From a virus (taxonomy: Duplodnaviria > Caudoviricetes): DNA of 52,986 nt. The stretch's first letter is position 1, and the number at the start of each line of letters is the position of its first letter. Both the position numbers and the translations under genes were made by a program. Shown piece after piece: positions 18,501 through 27,386 of the stretch. The stretch spans positions 1 through 52,986 of the IMG/VR virus record IMGVR_UViG_3300025112_000017; one strand, given 5' to 3'. The notes under the pieces are model-generated. The model searched no databases, was not told the DNA's origin, and saw nothing but the letters and a program-made list of their open reading frames with translations.

Positions 18501-21500
18501 TCTGCATCATCGGGCTGAACAACCCGCAGGGACTTGACCGGGTAGTCTGCGGTTACAAGAAGCTCTATCTCATGGGTTGAGCCCGGAAGAGTAAGAGACC
18601 AGTGGGACCAATTTGGTGTATTTCTGTGTACGCTTGTAAGGCTAGAGTACTTGGCCCCACCAGCGGTGTGAACAACCTGCCCCGGCAGAACAGGTGGATC
18701 AGTTAGTATCAGTTCAAGGTGACGAGCAATAGATTCAGTCCTCTCACCGGGGTACCGACCCTGAAGAACGCCCAATACCCTCTCATCTCGGTACGTTGGT
18801 ATAGTCTGTTCATCTATAAAGTTGCGAACTGAATTAGCAAAACCGGTGAACTCAAAATCATCAATCGCTCTACCGTAGCTGCTCTCAAATATGGCGTCTC
18901 TTGCCCACGCACCAATTGTTGCCGTTATGTCTGTGAAGCTCCTTTCGCCCTCCAAGGCCAGAAGGTCTGAGACAATCGCGCTCCTGTTTTGAAGAGCATC
19001 TTCTGCGGAGAGGACGAACTTTTCCATCTCGTCCATTGTGGTTCCGGCAGGCATCATCTCCTCTAAGGTCCACTGCTCGGTTAATTTTTTAACCTGCTCA
19101 TCAACCAGTTCCCTCCTGAAGAGTTCCTCTTTGTCTATCCTGGCAGCCGCCGCAGGGTCTATCTCATGGGATTCCAACCGAGTTGAACGAGCCTCAACGC
19201 TCACGCTTGCGTTCTCTGTTTCAATAGCCTCCAAGAACTGTTGCTTAGTCCAACGCTCCGCTGGGGCACCCTCAAGAATACCAAGCAGGCCGTTCTCAGC
19301 CAACTCCGCTTTCTTTACACTAGAATGGGCTGCTCGTTTAGAGGTAATAAGCTCACGCACCTGCGCGCTTGTGAGCACCTTATCCGTCTTAACCCTCGTC
19401 GAAGGTCTTCCACTGCCCGTCTTCTTTGTAGGCCAGTTCTCATCCACATAACGAGCAAGTTGGCTGTAGAAGACAGGCCCCATGCGCTCGTCTATTTGAT
19501 ACAACGTGTCAGCCGACATGCGGCCACGCGCGCGCTTGATATCAGCAAAGGTGTGTGCCCACCAATCAGACGGTGCGTTGCCTGTCTCCAAAGCCCAGGC
19601 AAGGCTCCTGCCGAAGTGTACAGCCAAGATCGCCTCTACCTCCTCATCGGAAATGTTGAGCCCTTTACTGACGGAGCGCAGCTTCTCCTTTATAGCTATC
19701 GCTTCAGCGGACTCTGTAGCCCCCCTCATCACGGAGGCCGTTCGGCTTACCTCGGATGGGACGAGGTTGCTCATCATGTGAAACCGCTCTACCTCTCCAC
19801 GCGCAAGCGCGAAAGCTCTCTCAAGACCCTCGGGTGCTTCAGCAGCGCCTGATATCAGCCAGTCCTCGAAGGTCTTCCACTTCTCTACACCGACAATCGC
19901 CTGGGCACTGATCAGGTGTTCTTCAGCAAGAAGCTTAGATACATACTCCAAATCAGGGAGAGAAGAACCCGCACTGACCCTGTGCTCCCCAATAAAGAAC
20001 TCTTCCAACTCTCCATACAAGAACGCCTCAATAGAGGCTGCCTCGTAGTCAAGTCTTATTGCAGCGTCTTTTACCGCGCTAGCAGTAATCTCTTTAGATT
20101 TAGCAGACCACTTCTTGCCCCACTGAGTGTCCTGCATATAAGTCGCAAGCTTTCGCATAGAGAACAGGATGTCGTTGCTACCCATTGCTGCATTCAAAGA
20201 GTTTTCGAAAGCCCGAACCGCAGCGGAGTTGCCGTCAAAGGCTTCGTGCAGGGCGGTACGAATCCACCCCAGTTGGGACTCCTCCATAGTAATGCCCAGC
20301 AACTCGACACGAAGTTCCTCTAAGGTAGCGGCAAGCTTCTCGGGAGAAAGCCCACGCACCACGTTCCGAAAGGACGCCCTGCCGCGGGCCGCTGAACCGT
20401 AGGCTGCCCGTAAAGAAAGAATCCTTTCGTGCGCCACCACCTCCGGGTGGTCTATAAGGTTCCTGGCTAAGGACATCTGGCTTTCCAACTCAGAGATAAA
20501 CTCTGGAGTAGCTTTTAGTTCTCGCTGCATCAGCACCAGAATCTGCCGAAGCGCGTCTTCCTCTACTTCTACGCCCTTCTTGTACTTCTGCACAAGGGCC
20601 TCTATTTCTGCAACAATGGGGGCTAACTCTGGTCGACGCTTTATCAGGCCAGCACCAGTTTCAATCTCATTGGCGGCTTCCGCGAGAACAGCCTTCGCAT
20701 TATAGCCAGGCGTAAGGTACCGCTCATTACGAGCTATGCTCTCCTCTAAAAAATGAATAACTAGTTCGCGACCGGCCTTCTCTTCAGAAGACAGTGCAGC
20801 CTTCTTTTTTACTTCCTCCTTAAGAATCTCTTTACGAAGGTTCTTGATCGCTTCTGGCGCGGCGGCCTTGTGTCTTTTCGCTGTGTCAGCAGCGTTTGCC
20901 GTAATACGGTTCACGTGCTGTAAAAGCTCTGACTCCATGAACCCATGCTTGCGCATGTATCCGTGTAATGAATCTATGTACTGGTCCCACAGTTGTTGTG
21001 GCACACGGCGAAGCAGACCATCCTTATGAACATTTAGGAACGGCTGCATTGATGTTGTGCCAAACGCTTTGGCAATCCAGTCGTAAGCAACCGTAGGCCA
21101 CAAAAGTGCTGCGCTGCCAGACTTCGCACCAACAAACAAAAACTTCTCAGCCGTTGTGAGTTGGTCGAACTGAATAAGCTCTGACCCAAGAAGCATCTCT
21201 AAGGACTTGTAGCTATCAACCGGTGCCCTCAGCCACGACAAGCCTTCCCCTCTCGTGGTGGCGGCTTGCGCCTCCCGCCATGCCTCAACCTTGGCAAGCC
21301 GTTTAGCCTGAAGGCCAGCGTCTACCCCTGCCCGGTGCTTCTTGAGTTCTGTACCCGCTGAACGAGATGCCGCGTACTTTCCTGTAGACTTAGGCTTAAG
21401 TGCTATGCTCGGGGACCCCGCCACCACTTCCGCAGGAACAATGTACCTAACCTTTGATGAGCCAGGCATGTGTACAGGAAGCCTACCTGTGGGTTTTAGC

Positions 21501-24500
21501 CCTGTTGACTTGCGAACATCACTAATCCTGGTGCCCTCTAAGAGCTTGCCGTCAAGCGATCTACCACCCCTAAGCAACCGGACGTTATGGTCGGCAGCCC
21601 TGGCTGTATGCTCAAGCTTGTTCGCATCACGGATCAATCTGCGGCCCTGTCGGCGCATAAACTTTTCCGCACCAGCCGTGTCATCGAAAACCGCAAGCTC
21701 AGCTTTGGCGTCGGACAGTTTCTGCGTAAGTTTTCTTACTTCGGATGCGTGTGCTGCGCGCTCTACCTCTGTAAGTGTCTCTATTACAGGCTTGGCAAGT
21801 GGGCCTATCCGCTCAAGACTTCTCTCTACGGCCTCTACTGTGAGCCTCGCATCTTCTGCGAGCTTTCCCGCTGTAGATCCGGGGTTGATTGCACCAGAAG
21901 ACTTAATGTCATCGGCAGCCCTAACCAAATCCTCACCAGCCTGCCTAAACGAGACAGACTTCTTGCCGGCACCTATGAATGTGTCATGAATAAGCTCGGT
22001 CGTTTTCTTCACGCTGGCCAACAAGGCCGCACGTTCGGCCTCATCTGCAACAGTCTGTAGCTTTCGAATATCTAATTGCATCTCAGCGAGGCGCTGTGCC
22101 CACGCGGCTTCTCCACTAATAGATGTAACCCCACCACGTTGGGACAGAATCGCCAACTCTTTGGCCATCTTGTTGAAGCTCTTGTCAGCCACAAGGATCT
22201 CGTCACCAACCTTCAATAAGCGCGCACTTCCTCCGACCCCACCCCACAACAGGGGGTCAAATAAAAACCATGAAGTCATCTCCATGATCTCTTTACCAAC
22301 AGGGGATGTCATTACGTCCCACTGCCAAGAGGCATCCTTTGGTTCGTACTTCTTCAGTGCGTGGGCTTCCTGTGGAGACACAGCGTAATCAAAGAAGTAC
22401 TTGAAGCTTGGGTTGAACATGCTTCGACCCCCTTCCTCAGGGACCTCGAATCCAATCCAATCCGCGTTCTGTCCGAATGCGTACCCGAAATGCCCTTCTG
22501 AGAAAGGTTCTACACCGTGAGTGATGTCGTAAAACTTTCGAGCCACATCTTTCGCTTTGGCCTCAGCAGCGTGATCTCCCTCAAAATCAAACCCAGCAAA
22601 CACCTCATCGAACGCCTCAATCCGACCGCGCGCACGCTCGGGTGCGCTAAGCATTGCTGCACCGTAGGCGCGCAGGCCCAAGTAAGCGCCAAGCTGAGCC
22701 TCTCTACGAACAATATCCAACCCCCAACCAAGCGTATGAAACGCTTGAACAAACCTGTTGGGGCCTGCCTGCTCAAGGTACTCGTCAGGGCTAACGAAGT
22801 CGTAATCCGTCCACTTGGAGAAGTGACGGAAGACATCCGATGTAGGGTCGTGACTCTCTTTATTAATTAAAGCAAACCACTCACGGATGGAAGCCTGGTC
22901 TGTCGGGTCTACACGGGGGATGTTCGTCGAGTACTTAGGTCCCCGCCCAAGGTCGATGGTTACATCTAAGGCAGAGGGTAAGTCTGGGTTGCCGAACCTA
23001 TCAAGAGCACCACCTGAGCGTAGTATCTCAAACCCCAGGTCAACCTCAGGTGCTGAGATGGGAATAGTCGGCTCGCCGTACAACTCTTTAGCAGCAGCCT
23101 CCACCGCGTCCCGCATACTGCTGGGCAGTACCCCTGGTGTAATCAAGCCCCCAACACTCCCTGCTGCCGCCTGGGACCAAGCGGATGTTTGAGCCTTGAC
23201 TATGTCGGAAGCTTCCGTGGTGTCTTCAATCTCACCAAGAAGGTACGAAACCGCCTCGCCTCTGCGAGAAAGCTCTTCGAGCCTCTTCTTCTCTTTATCA
23301 GTAAAGGGGCGGTCATCCTTCTGCTTGTAGGTCGAAAGAGAAAAGATTTCTTTAAAAAAGACGGACTTACTGCCGAAGAAGCTCTCTTCCCAATCTCGCT
23401 TATTAGAGATTATCGCAACCATCTCTAGAGCAATGTCCTTCTTCTCCGCCTGTAGCCTCGACCTCTCCGCGCTCCCGGTAAGGCTTTCATTCAGCGCTCC
23501 GGTAGGGATGAAGGCTGGTTGGGTGTGTAGGATTTCAGGAACTTCGGCTGGACTGTTCTCAACTAAGGCGTTGTACCGCTTTCTCATTTCCCCGAGAGGT
23601 TTCTGGAGAGGCTCTAATTCTCTTTTAAAAGCAAGAAGGTCTTTTACTTTTCCGGTAATCGTAAGATTGTTCCCGCCAGAAAGGGGGATTTGAACAGACG
23701 TTTCTTGGTTAAGCCTCCTTCCGGTTGCCCCTTTTAACCCAGTAAGGTTCCGAACAATATCTGAGTTTAAGAGATTTCCATCATTAGAAAAACCTGGGGT
23801 AAGCGCAGCCACGATTGACGGGAACGCCTCCGACTCCAGCAAGGAAAGAACATGCTTGTCCCTTGGTGCCTTACCCAAGTGACTCTGGCCCTTCCAGGCT
23901 CGGTCAGCACGGCGAAAGAACGATTGGTAAGCCTCATCAATAGCCTGGTTGAGAACAGCATCATCAACAGGTGAGTTGTAGGTGACATCACCGTGCATGG
24001 TAGTCAAGCCTTTGTCGCCAATAGGCTCCTCGTTCAGAAACGTAACCGACCCCGGCTCCAACCTTTTCAGCTTGCGAAACACCCACCAAGCAAGCGAGCC
24101 TTCACGCGCCGACCCCCCTACAGCCGGTAGAGACCTTTTGGCATTCTCTCTATCTCCCCCACGGAATACAATATGGTCTTTACCCTCGACCGCTATCTGA
24201 ACCTTAAAGGTGCGGGCTGTTTCGAGAGCACCTTTCCACGCATGCATAGGAGATCCGGGCTCTCCCCACCGGGCAGTCTCATACCTTCCGCCAAGCTTGT
24301 CCTCCCAGTAATCGCTAAGGGGAGCGCCGTTCAGGCTAATCTCCACCAAGCTATTCTTGTTGGACTCTACAGAATACACGGCGTCCATAAAGGAGGAGGC
24401 GAACTCTGATTTATCGAAATCAATTACGCCACCCCACCCAGGGTAGCCTGCACGAATTGCTTCGCGAGAGTTGTTGTCTAAAGACACCGCGCGCTGGAAG

Positions 24501-25411
24501 CTGTCTTTACTGGCAACCCTGGGGCGCATAAACAAGCCGCCCTCGTTAGCCCCCCAGTCGTACTCTTGAGTCAACCTGTGGGCTATATCCGAGTGCTCAT
24601 ACGGTGCCTTGTGAAAGTTTTTCCACTCCCTTAGAGCCGTGTTTACATCTTTATGTTCGTCATACGCTTTACCAATAGCAAGAGCTACCTCTGATGTAGC
24701 GTCCTCATAAAGCTGTCTTCGATCTTTGGGTAGGTTGGCAAAACTACTGGAAGATTGGCCAGCGCTGTAGTCTTCCGAATTGGAAAGGTTGGGATACATC
24801 ACCTTTTGAATGGTGCTCACCCTCTCAGCACCCTCTTCTCCGGAAGAGAGGTTTCGCATTACAACGAATCTGTTTTGGCGGGCTAAGTGTTTGTGGTACA
24901 GCGGGTTGCTGAATTGTGAAACCAACGCCTGACCCACGAGCCGTGGGATGCCTGTGTTCGGGTCTTTCTCTATCTCAACATATTGCCAGATAGGTTTACC
25001 ATCACTGCCCCGAAGATACCCCCCAGGGTCTACTAAGTCCCACTCTTCTCTGAGTGCAGGTACCCCCTGGCCCTCATCCTCATAAAGCCCCGCCAATTCT
25101 ACAGAGTAAGCGGACAACTCTTCCGGTGTAGATTGAGCCTTGCTGCCGACCTGTTCCCCAAAGAGGGGCTCGAACCCATCCTTATGACGAAAAAGCTGCT
25201 GCTGCGCCACATTAGATATCTGACCACCGTCGTCACCCTCAAAAGAAACGGGCTTCACAGGATCTACGTCTGTCTTAATGTCAGCCACAGGGGTGGCTTC
25301 TACAGGTGCTACAGGCACTATTGGTTCGACACCCCCATCAGGTACTGCGGGGGTCGGGTCGTACTTGGGCCAGGAGAGAGGGGTTAGCTTGTTTGATGTT
25401 GGGTCAGCCAT
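12581..25411 (-). CDS. giant (4276 aa) internal virion/ejection polyvalent protein with zincin metallopeptidase-like and GNAT domains
   Basis: Follows the ejection genes; NADASTLIHEMGH + ETFARAFE; NLRGKGLGKWLY GNAT motif; GELQSD domain; C-terminal FNYGDLT...IFPFF region. Confidence 0.8.
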   Translation of the reverse strand: MADPTSNKLTPLSWPKYDPTPAVPDGGVEPIVPVAPVEATPVADIKTDVDPVKPVSFEGDDGGQISNVAQQQLFRHKDGFEPLFGEQVGSKAQSTPEELSAYSVELAGLYEDEGQGVPALREEWDLVDPGGYLRGSDGKPIWQYVEIEKDPNTGIPRLVGQALVSQFSNPLYHKHLARQNRFVVMRNLSSGEEGAERVSTIQKVMYPNLSNSEDYSAGQSSSSFANLPKDRRQLYEDATSEVALAIGKAYDEHKDVNTALREWKNFHKAPYEHSDIAHRLTQEYDWGANEGGLFMRPRVASKDSFQRAVSLDNNSREAIRAGYPGWGGVIDFDKSEFASSFMDAVYSVESNKNSLVEISLNGAPLSDYWEDKLGGRYETARWGEPGSPMHAWKGALETARTFKVQIAVEGKDHIVFRGGDRENAKRSLPAVGGSAREGSLAWWVFRKLKRLEPGSVTFLNEEPIGDKGLTTMHGDVTYNSPVDDAVLNQAIDEAYQSFFRRADRAWKGQSHLGKAPRDKHVLSLLESEAFPSIVAALTPGFSNDGNLLNSDIVRNLTGLKGATGRRLNQETSVQIPLSGGNNLTITGKVKDLLAFKRELEPLQKPLGEMRKRYNALVENSPAEVPEILHTQPAFIPTGALNESLTGSAERSRLQAEKKDIALEMVAIISNKRDWEESFFGSKSVFFKEIFSLSTYKQKDDRPFTDKEKKRLEELSRRGEAVSYLLGEIEDTTEASDIVKAQTSAWSQAAAGSVGGLITPGVLPSSMRDAVEAAAKELYGEPTIPISAPEVDLGFEILRSGGALDRFGNPDLPSALDVTIDLGRGPKYSTNIPRVDPTDQASIREWFALINKESHDPTSDVFRHFSKWTDYDFVSPDEYLEQAGPNRFVQAFHTLGWGLDIVRREAQLGAYLGLRAYGAAMLSAPERARGRIEAFDEVFAGFDFEGDHAAEAKAKDVARKFYDITHGVEPFSEGHFGYAFGQNADWIGFEVPEEGGRSMFNPSFKYFFDYAVSPQEAHALKKYEPKDASWQWDVMTSPVGKEIMEMTSWFLFDPLLWGGVGGSARLLKVGDEILVADKSFNKMAKELAILSQRGGVTSISGEAAWAQRLAEMQLDIRKLQTVADEAERAALLASVKKTTELIHDTFIGAGKKSVSFRQAGEDLVRAADDIKSSGAINPGSTAGKLAEDARLTVEAVERSLERIGPLAKPVIETLTEVERAAHASEVRKLTQKLSDAKAELAVFDDTAGAEKFMRRQGRRLIRDANKLEHTARAADHNVRLLRGGRSLDGKLLEGTRISDVRKSTGLKPTGRLPVHMPGSSKVRYIVPAEVVAGSPSIALKPKSTGKYAASRSAGTELKKHRAGVDAGLQAKRLAKVEAWREAQAATTRGEGLSWLRAPVDSYKSLEMLLGSELIQFDQLTTAEKFLFVGAKSGSAALLWPTVAYDWIAKAFGTTSMQPFLNVHKDGLLRRVPQQLWDQYIDSLHGYMRKHGFMESELLQHVNRITANAADTAKRHKAAAPEAIKNLRKEILKEEVKKKAALSSEEKAGRELVIHFLEESIARNERYLTPGYNAKAVLAEAANEIETGAGLIKRRPELAPIVAEIEALVQKYKKGVEVEEDALRQILVLMQRELKATPEFISELESQMSLARNLIDHPEVVAHERILSLRAAYGSAARGRASFRNVVRGLSPEKLAATLEELRVELLGITMEESQLGWIRTALHEAFDGNSAAVRAFENSLNAAMGSNDILFSMRKLATYMQDTQWGKKWSAKSKEITASAVKDAAIRLDYEAASIEAFLYGELEEFFIGEHRVSAGSSLPDLEYVSKLLAEEHLISAQAIVGVEKWKTFEDWLISGAAEAPEGLERAFALARGEVERFHMMSNLVPSEVSRTASVMRGATESAEAIAIKEKLRSVSKGLNISDEEVEAILAVHFGRSLAWALETGNAPSDWWAHTFADIKRARGRMSADTLYQIDERMGPVFYSQLARYVDENWPTKKTGSGRPSTRVKTDKVLTSAQVRELITSKRAAHSSVKKAELAENGLLGILEGAPAERWTKQQFLEAIETENASVSVEARSTRLESHEIDPAAAARIDKEELFRRELVDEQVKKLTEQWTLEEMMPAGTTMDEMEKFVLSAEDALQNRSAIVSDLLALEGERSFTDITATIGAWARDAIFESSYGRAIDDFEFTGFANSVRNFIDEQTIPTYRDERVLGVLQGRYPGERTESIARHLELILTDPPVLPGQVVHTAGGAKYSSLTSVHRNTPNWSHWSLTLPGSTHEIELLVTADYPVKSLRVVQPDDADFLSFSMKFGHVYNNSHYKNTSGMGLISHVRASVREGFIGTPPTPLASSKRALSFHEILPVLPGGPLPRHTYQAASNRNMNTGGVFIFIKDKQVGGLKLEHKPIPKIEGLPVEGVRNVLIDYNLRGKGLGKWLYEEAIKNLRSKHPGGFVFSPALTSSRNSASQRVWKSLAKKYPSDPNGMIYIGPKENMPSMFSRPASLAPTTPGYDLLHVGELQSDIHKAGGKGGYGTRSLPDAPFKTNWVDLSIKAAVREAVEMGKDGISFDTGRTNLYRYHPGRESRQTSLKFYSPENAAGFKVFDSALDSADDWSSLQTTELEKLIGKPAYVKHVLGVGADIPYRRGLDLNSLEADPKLHQLVLRNVRYEGAKIGRLFEEAFTDARAPAAGLTGLKEEIAWRIKRANKSFTEPAGMGSINTGIYKDALKKIRELSEEKVVFEPRQAPPSFVPFDTTRTNMFSPVPDHRSGGAGPMFHGGAELAELLERTPRSDWPEHIRQFIEDRWVLEASSAKRVREIPPSVFERTYGYQGGLGHIVHYDTVVPSRIKKLYKKHGMKLEDGYTHIPAGEDLAVRKAYLKNGGSEEEYRRIIDTVALELGKDAYGMHQGTDVGVRIMLFTEEFKKLVLKEGEPLYQIGNEVKKGAVKFVEDGRAILYLYKNADASTLIHEMGHILRRQLPDAQLRAAERFAGVKDGKWTRAAEETFARAFERFVYDHIAPTGASDELVKAFSLLKTSMRSVYEELRSSDIDIQMPPQIQNLFAGMTYGRSVNSRLASKLAEKALTGRKGAGAKVGAATGIFTKETAAYNRLRGAVHGAQTEAEAIDRVRKSMWRLYGGRENQKGLSRWIDRFSKRTGQILFETESGNSPSAMLGELRAAKRMVTEATAKADASAIKSLPGAEERVLAKVAKQSMDAPARLDILEVEHAEAFELRLPDKTARGGEYVRQLRDWEIQLWKDFNTLTKNLTVEDKLIASFSALKDSPGTTEHMRKLWSVMEKDLELSPGVAKDWALGPRLQAENSRIAPVVEELRDLIKKYERLYEESGMDFMANPTIMLQKWGVVDYFPHSFVDGGSILSTAGSQRAGGAIETHRRMKSFMGRSPVSLDERLTVSMDAQRRRGIMGTIREINMQIESKGEFGVDPLQIVRRYMQANGKITAREFLFALLDTGVIQPILPILREDGTVIPASKVARQRGYIPLLARESDEIESISREHILFGTRKQWAELDLTEPSKLEALLGFDLVSIKVGKESALRRKGSFYKSNRFATWATEVGEIKAISRIEDTIGAIRYYEMKSGADKLTNVRDLVRSALELTDEAAQNAALDSIAASLRDRVMKYANQDIRFKGKDLRMYFAGGQEGWKLYIPESVVASMENILAGQLGESGAFKGALDNIQNFYKVRLTVLAIAFHARNAVSNVVQSFLNLDVPTVLDPKSNMISGVLAVGVSHYEEFGSMVKARKALAAPRLHGETTLAYNSRQTRSKLFETQYGRMIDDGVDLGDGVIRSLDDSYDILKRHGVLSESFTQYVDIADVEANLLDMMARNGLGGTWTKAKQGLSVTEDALVVMLPMAITGGLPVTLPKGLGASLGRTIENQARVLNFRGALSQGASLADSAKRVEKHLFNYGDLTSVQKQYMRTIFPFFVWSNKNVWLQLESIGKVPSFYSSFNHLMYEGLPNIANAALEDEETGLRPVNPNRQSMLAKREPHSYHRISLPVPGMSNVFMEGFGLPQEGFNEWLNPFFDSARFLRHGVIGHLNGADYKTRYWNHSGRQPLLRVVGQGNIPIRVLAELGSGRHFFYDKPISELTNGRMIADMTRGIADRFGGPGELAADYINQMMGLSMAWRVNEEGTAYDDIPVVSGTANWAVGSLPWGRLIKQAVSYTDIASLSHAASLGSVDSSGAFSPAHGYGTAIDPGSTDIPSYLRAVEALSGLRVTQRNAKWENAIMRARLRDFMNEQYKAKKLLKESESPVGVDPLK

Positions 25412-25418
25412 GCTTTTG

Positions 25419-27386
25419 TTACCAAGTAGGTGTGTCTCTTGTGTATGGATTCTGGATCATCTTTCCATCGCCCTCGCGTTCGGCCCCCGCCTCTAGACTT
25501 TCCAGTAGAGACTTCCTCTTTTTAGCGCGCTTATCTATATCTCTAAGCTTAGGATTTTTGTTCCATTTAGCCCCTGTATACTCCCCAAACACCTCAGGCT
25601 CAGTCGAAGCAGCGCCCGCCTGGGAGGATATCCCGAACTGCTTGCGCAATAAATCAACCGCTTCCTTTTTATCCTCATCACCCCCCGCTTGTTCTAGGAA
25701 GTCTGATACGCCCTGCGGAACAAACTTAGCGGGACCTAGCCTGCCTTCTGGTTCTTCAAGCTCGTCCCCCTTGTCTTCCAGTCCGCCAGCAGCCTCGATC
25801 AGCGCATCTGGGCTGTATGCGCGAGCCTGAAGGGATTTCTTTCCCGTCTCAGGGTCTACCCCTACCGTTGTATATTCTCGTCGTGGGCCAATAGGGTCGG
25901 CATCGTCGCGCAATTGCTGTGTCCGCTCCTGCTCAGCAGCCAACCTCTTCTGTGCGTCCTCTTCTGATTCCACAACATCAACACCCGTCTCTTCGGTGAA
26001 GCCAACCTGAGCGGTAATAGCGGGCCATACCCTTTCTGCGTACTTGTCCCCATCCAGAAACTTCTGTTCAAGAACATCGCGGCCGTGCTTAGTAACCCCA
26101 AGCTCACCACGGCGAACACCAGGAGCCTTCACACTGAAGTCCCGAAACGCAGCGGTTAGCTTCTCCTCAGTAACAACTTTAGACCCACCCTCAGTGATGT
26201 CATCCCAAGCGCCTAATGCTGCGCGAAACTGACTGGGGTCTTTCACTACCCACCGTAGAGCGCTGTCAATATCTGTGAAGCTGGTGCCAAACAAGTTGTG
26301 TACTACGTCAGAAGCCCCAGGATGCACAGTTAACAACTCCCCTACAGCCTTTTGGTACGGGTCTTGGTGATCCTTAATCTTAGCAATCTCGTCATTTAGA
26401 AACGCACGAGTGGATTCAATACCGCTTGTGTCCATTCCAGCAGTGATTACCTCTTGCTGTTTTCCTGTTGGGTCCTCAAGGATATCCGAAACCCGCTCAA
26501 GGTTTTCAATCGCGCGGTTCATGAGCGGGTCGTTCACTGAAAACCCCTGGCGCTTAATCTCGGTCTGGATGTCCTTCACTGCATTAAGAGCCTGCTGTCT
26601 ACGTCCTTCGACCTCCTGCCCCACCTCAGATGTTGAGTCGAAAACCTCTCCATCTATTGGCCCCATAAGCTGAACAGTCAGGATGTGCGCTACTTCTGGG
26701 TTGTCGAAAGTCCCTTTTTTATACCCAGGAAGTGTAGACATGGCGGTTTCCCAAGAGGCTAAAGAACTTTTTATCTGATGGGCAGTTTGCCCACGAGCCT
26801 CACGAGCAAACGTATCTTTCAGCCTGGCGTTGTCTCCCTGCTCCCTGTATTTAACTTTGTATGTATCAGCGCTGGGGGTTTTGTCCGTCTTTTCAAGGGC
26901 TTTAAGAATTAAATTGGCGGCCGCCTCTGGGGTATTAACAGGGTGCAGTTTGGTACCAGCCAACTGGTCTCTTACCATGCCTTTCTCTGCATCGGAGATG
27001 TTAACCTGTCGACCATAAGCCCCTGCGACTGCTGACGCAGCCGCAACCTGGGCATCGTCTGCTGCTGGAGCGATATCATTTAGCTTAGCTATTTCTCGGC
27101 CCAAGTCACTAAGGGACTTCACTTTGGCTGAGTCTACCTCTGCCTTTGCGGCCAGTAGTTCTGCTCTAGCGGAGATAATAGAACCCATTGCTCCAGCAAT
27201 GGACTTCTGGACCTCACCCCACATTCCAAACGCAGAGTCCTTCATGCGTTGTTCTGCCTCGTCGATCTGTACAAGCAGACCGTACAACTCCATTAGCTCT
27301 GCCCGGCTACCCCCTTTTGTTGGTGTCCGGTAGCCCTCGAAAAACTCTGAAACAACCCCTGCTGGCCCCACATTCCTTGCCATCAC
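25419..27386 (-). CDS. putative internal virion (DNA ejection) protein
   Basis: Helical Ala/Glu/Lys-rich 655 aa; podovirus synteny. Confidence 0.55.
   Translation of the reverse strand: MMARNVGPAGVVSEFFEGYRTPTKGGSRAELMELYGLLVQIDEAEQRMKDSAFGMWGEVQKSIAGAMGSIISARAELLAAKAEVDSAKVKSLSDLGREIAKLNDIAPAADDAQVAAASAVAGAYGRQVNISDAEKGMVRDQLAGTKLHPVNTPEAAANLILKALEKTDKTPSADTYKVKYREQGDNARLKDTFAREARGQTAHQIKSSLASWETAMSTLPGYKKGTFDNPEVAHILTVQLMGPIDGEVFDSTSEVGQEVEGRRQQALNAVKDIQTEIKRQGFSVNDPLMNRAIENLERVSDILEDPTGKQQEVITAGMDTSGIESTRAFLNDEIAKIKDHQDPYQKAVGELLTVHPGASDVVHNLFGTSFTDIDSALRWVVKDPSQFRAALGAWDDITEGGSKVVTEEKLTAAFRDFSVKAPGVRRGELGVTKHGRDVLEQKFLDGDKYAERVWPAITAQVGFTEETGVDVVESEEDAQKRLAAEQERTQQLRDDADPIGPRREYTTVGVDPETGKKSLQARAYSPDALIEAAGGLEDKGDELEEPEGRLGPAKFVPQGVSDFLEQAGGDEDKKEAVDLLRKQFGISSQAGAASTEPEVFGEYTGAKWNKNPKLRDIDKRAKKRKSLLESLEAGAEREGDGKMIQNPYTRDTPTW

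Noticed and set aside
12581-25411. Giant ORF as virion RNA polymerase or tape measure
   Set aside because: No RNAP catalytic motifs seen, and gene context is podoviral with no tail tube or sheath genes
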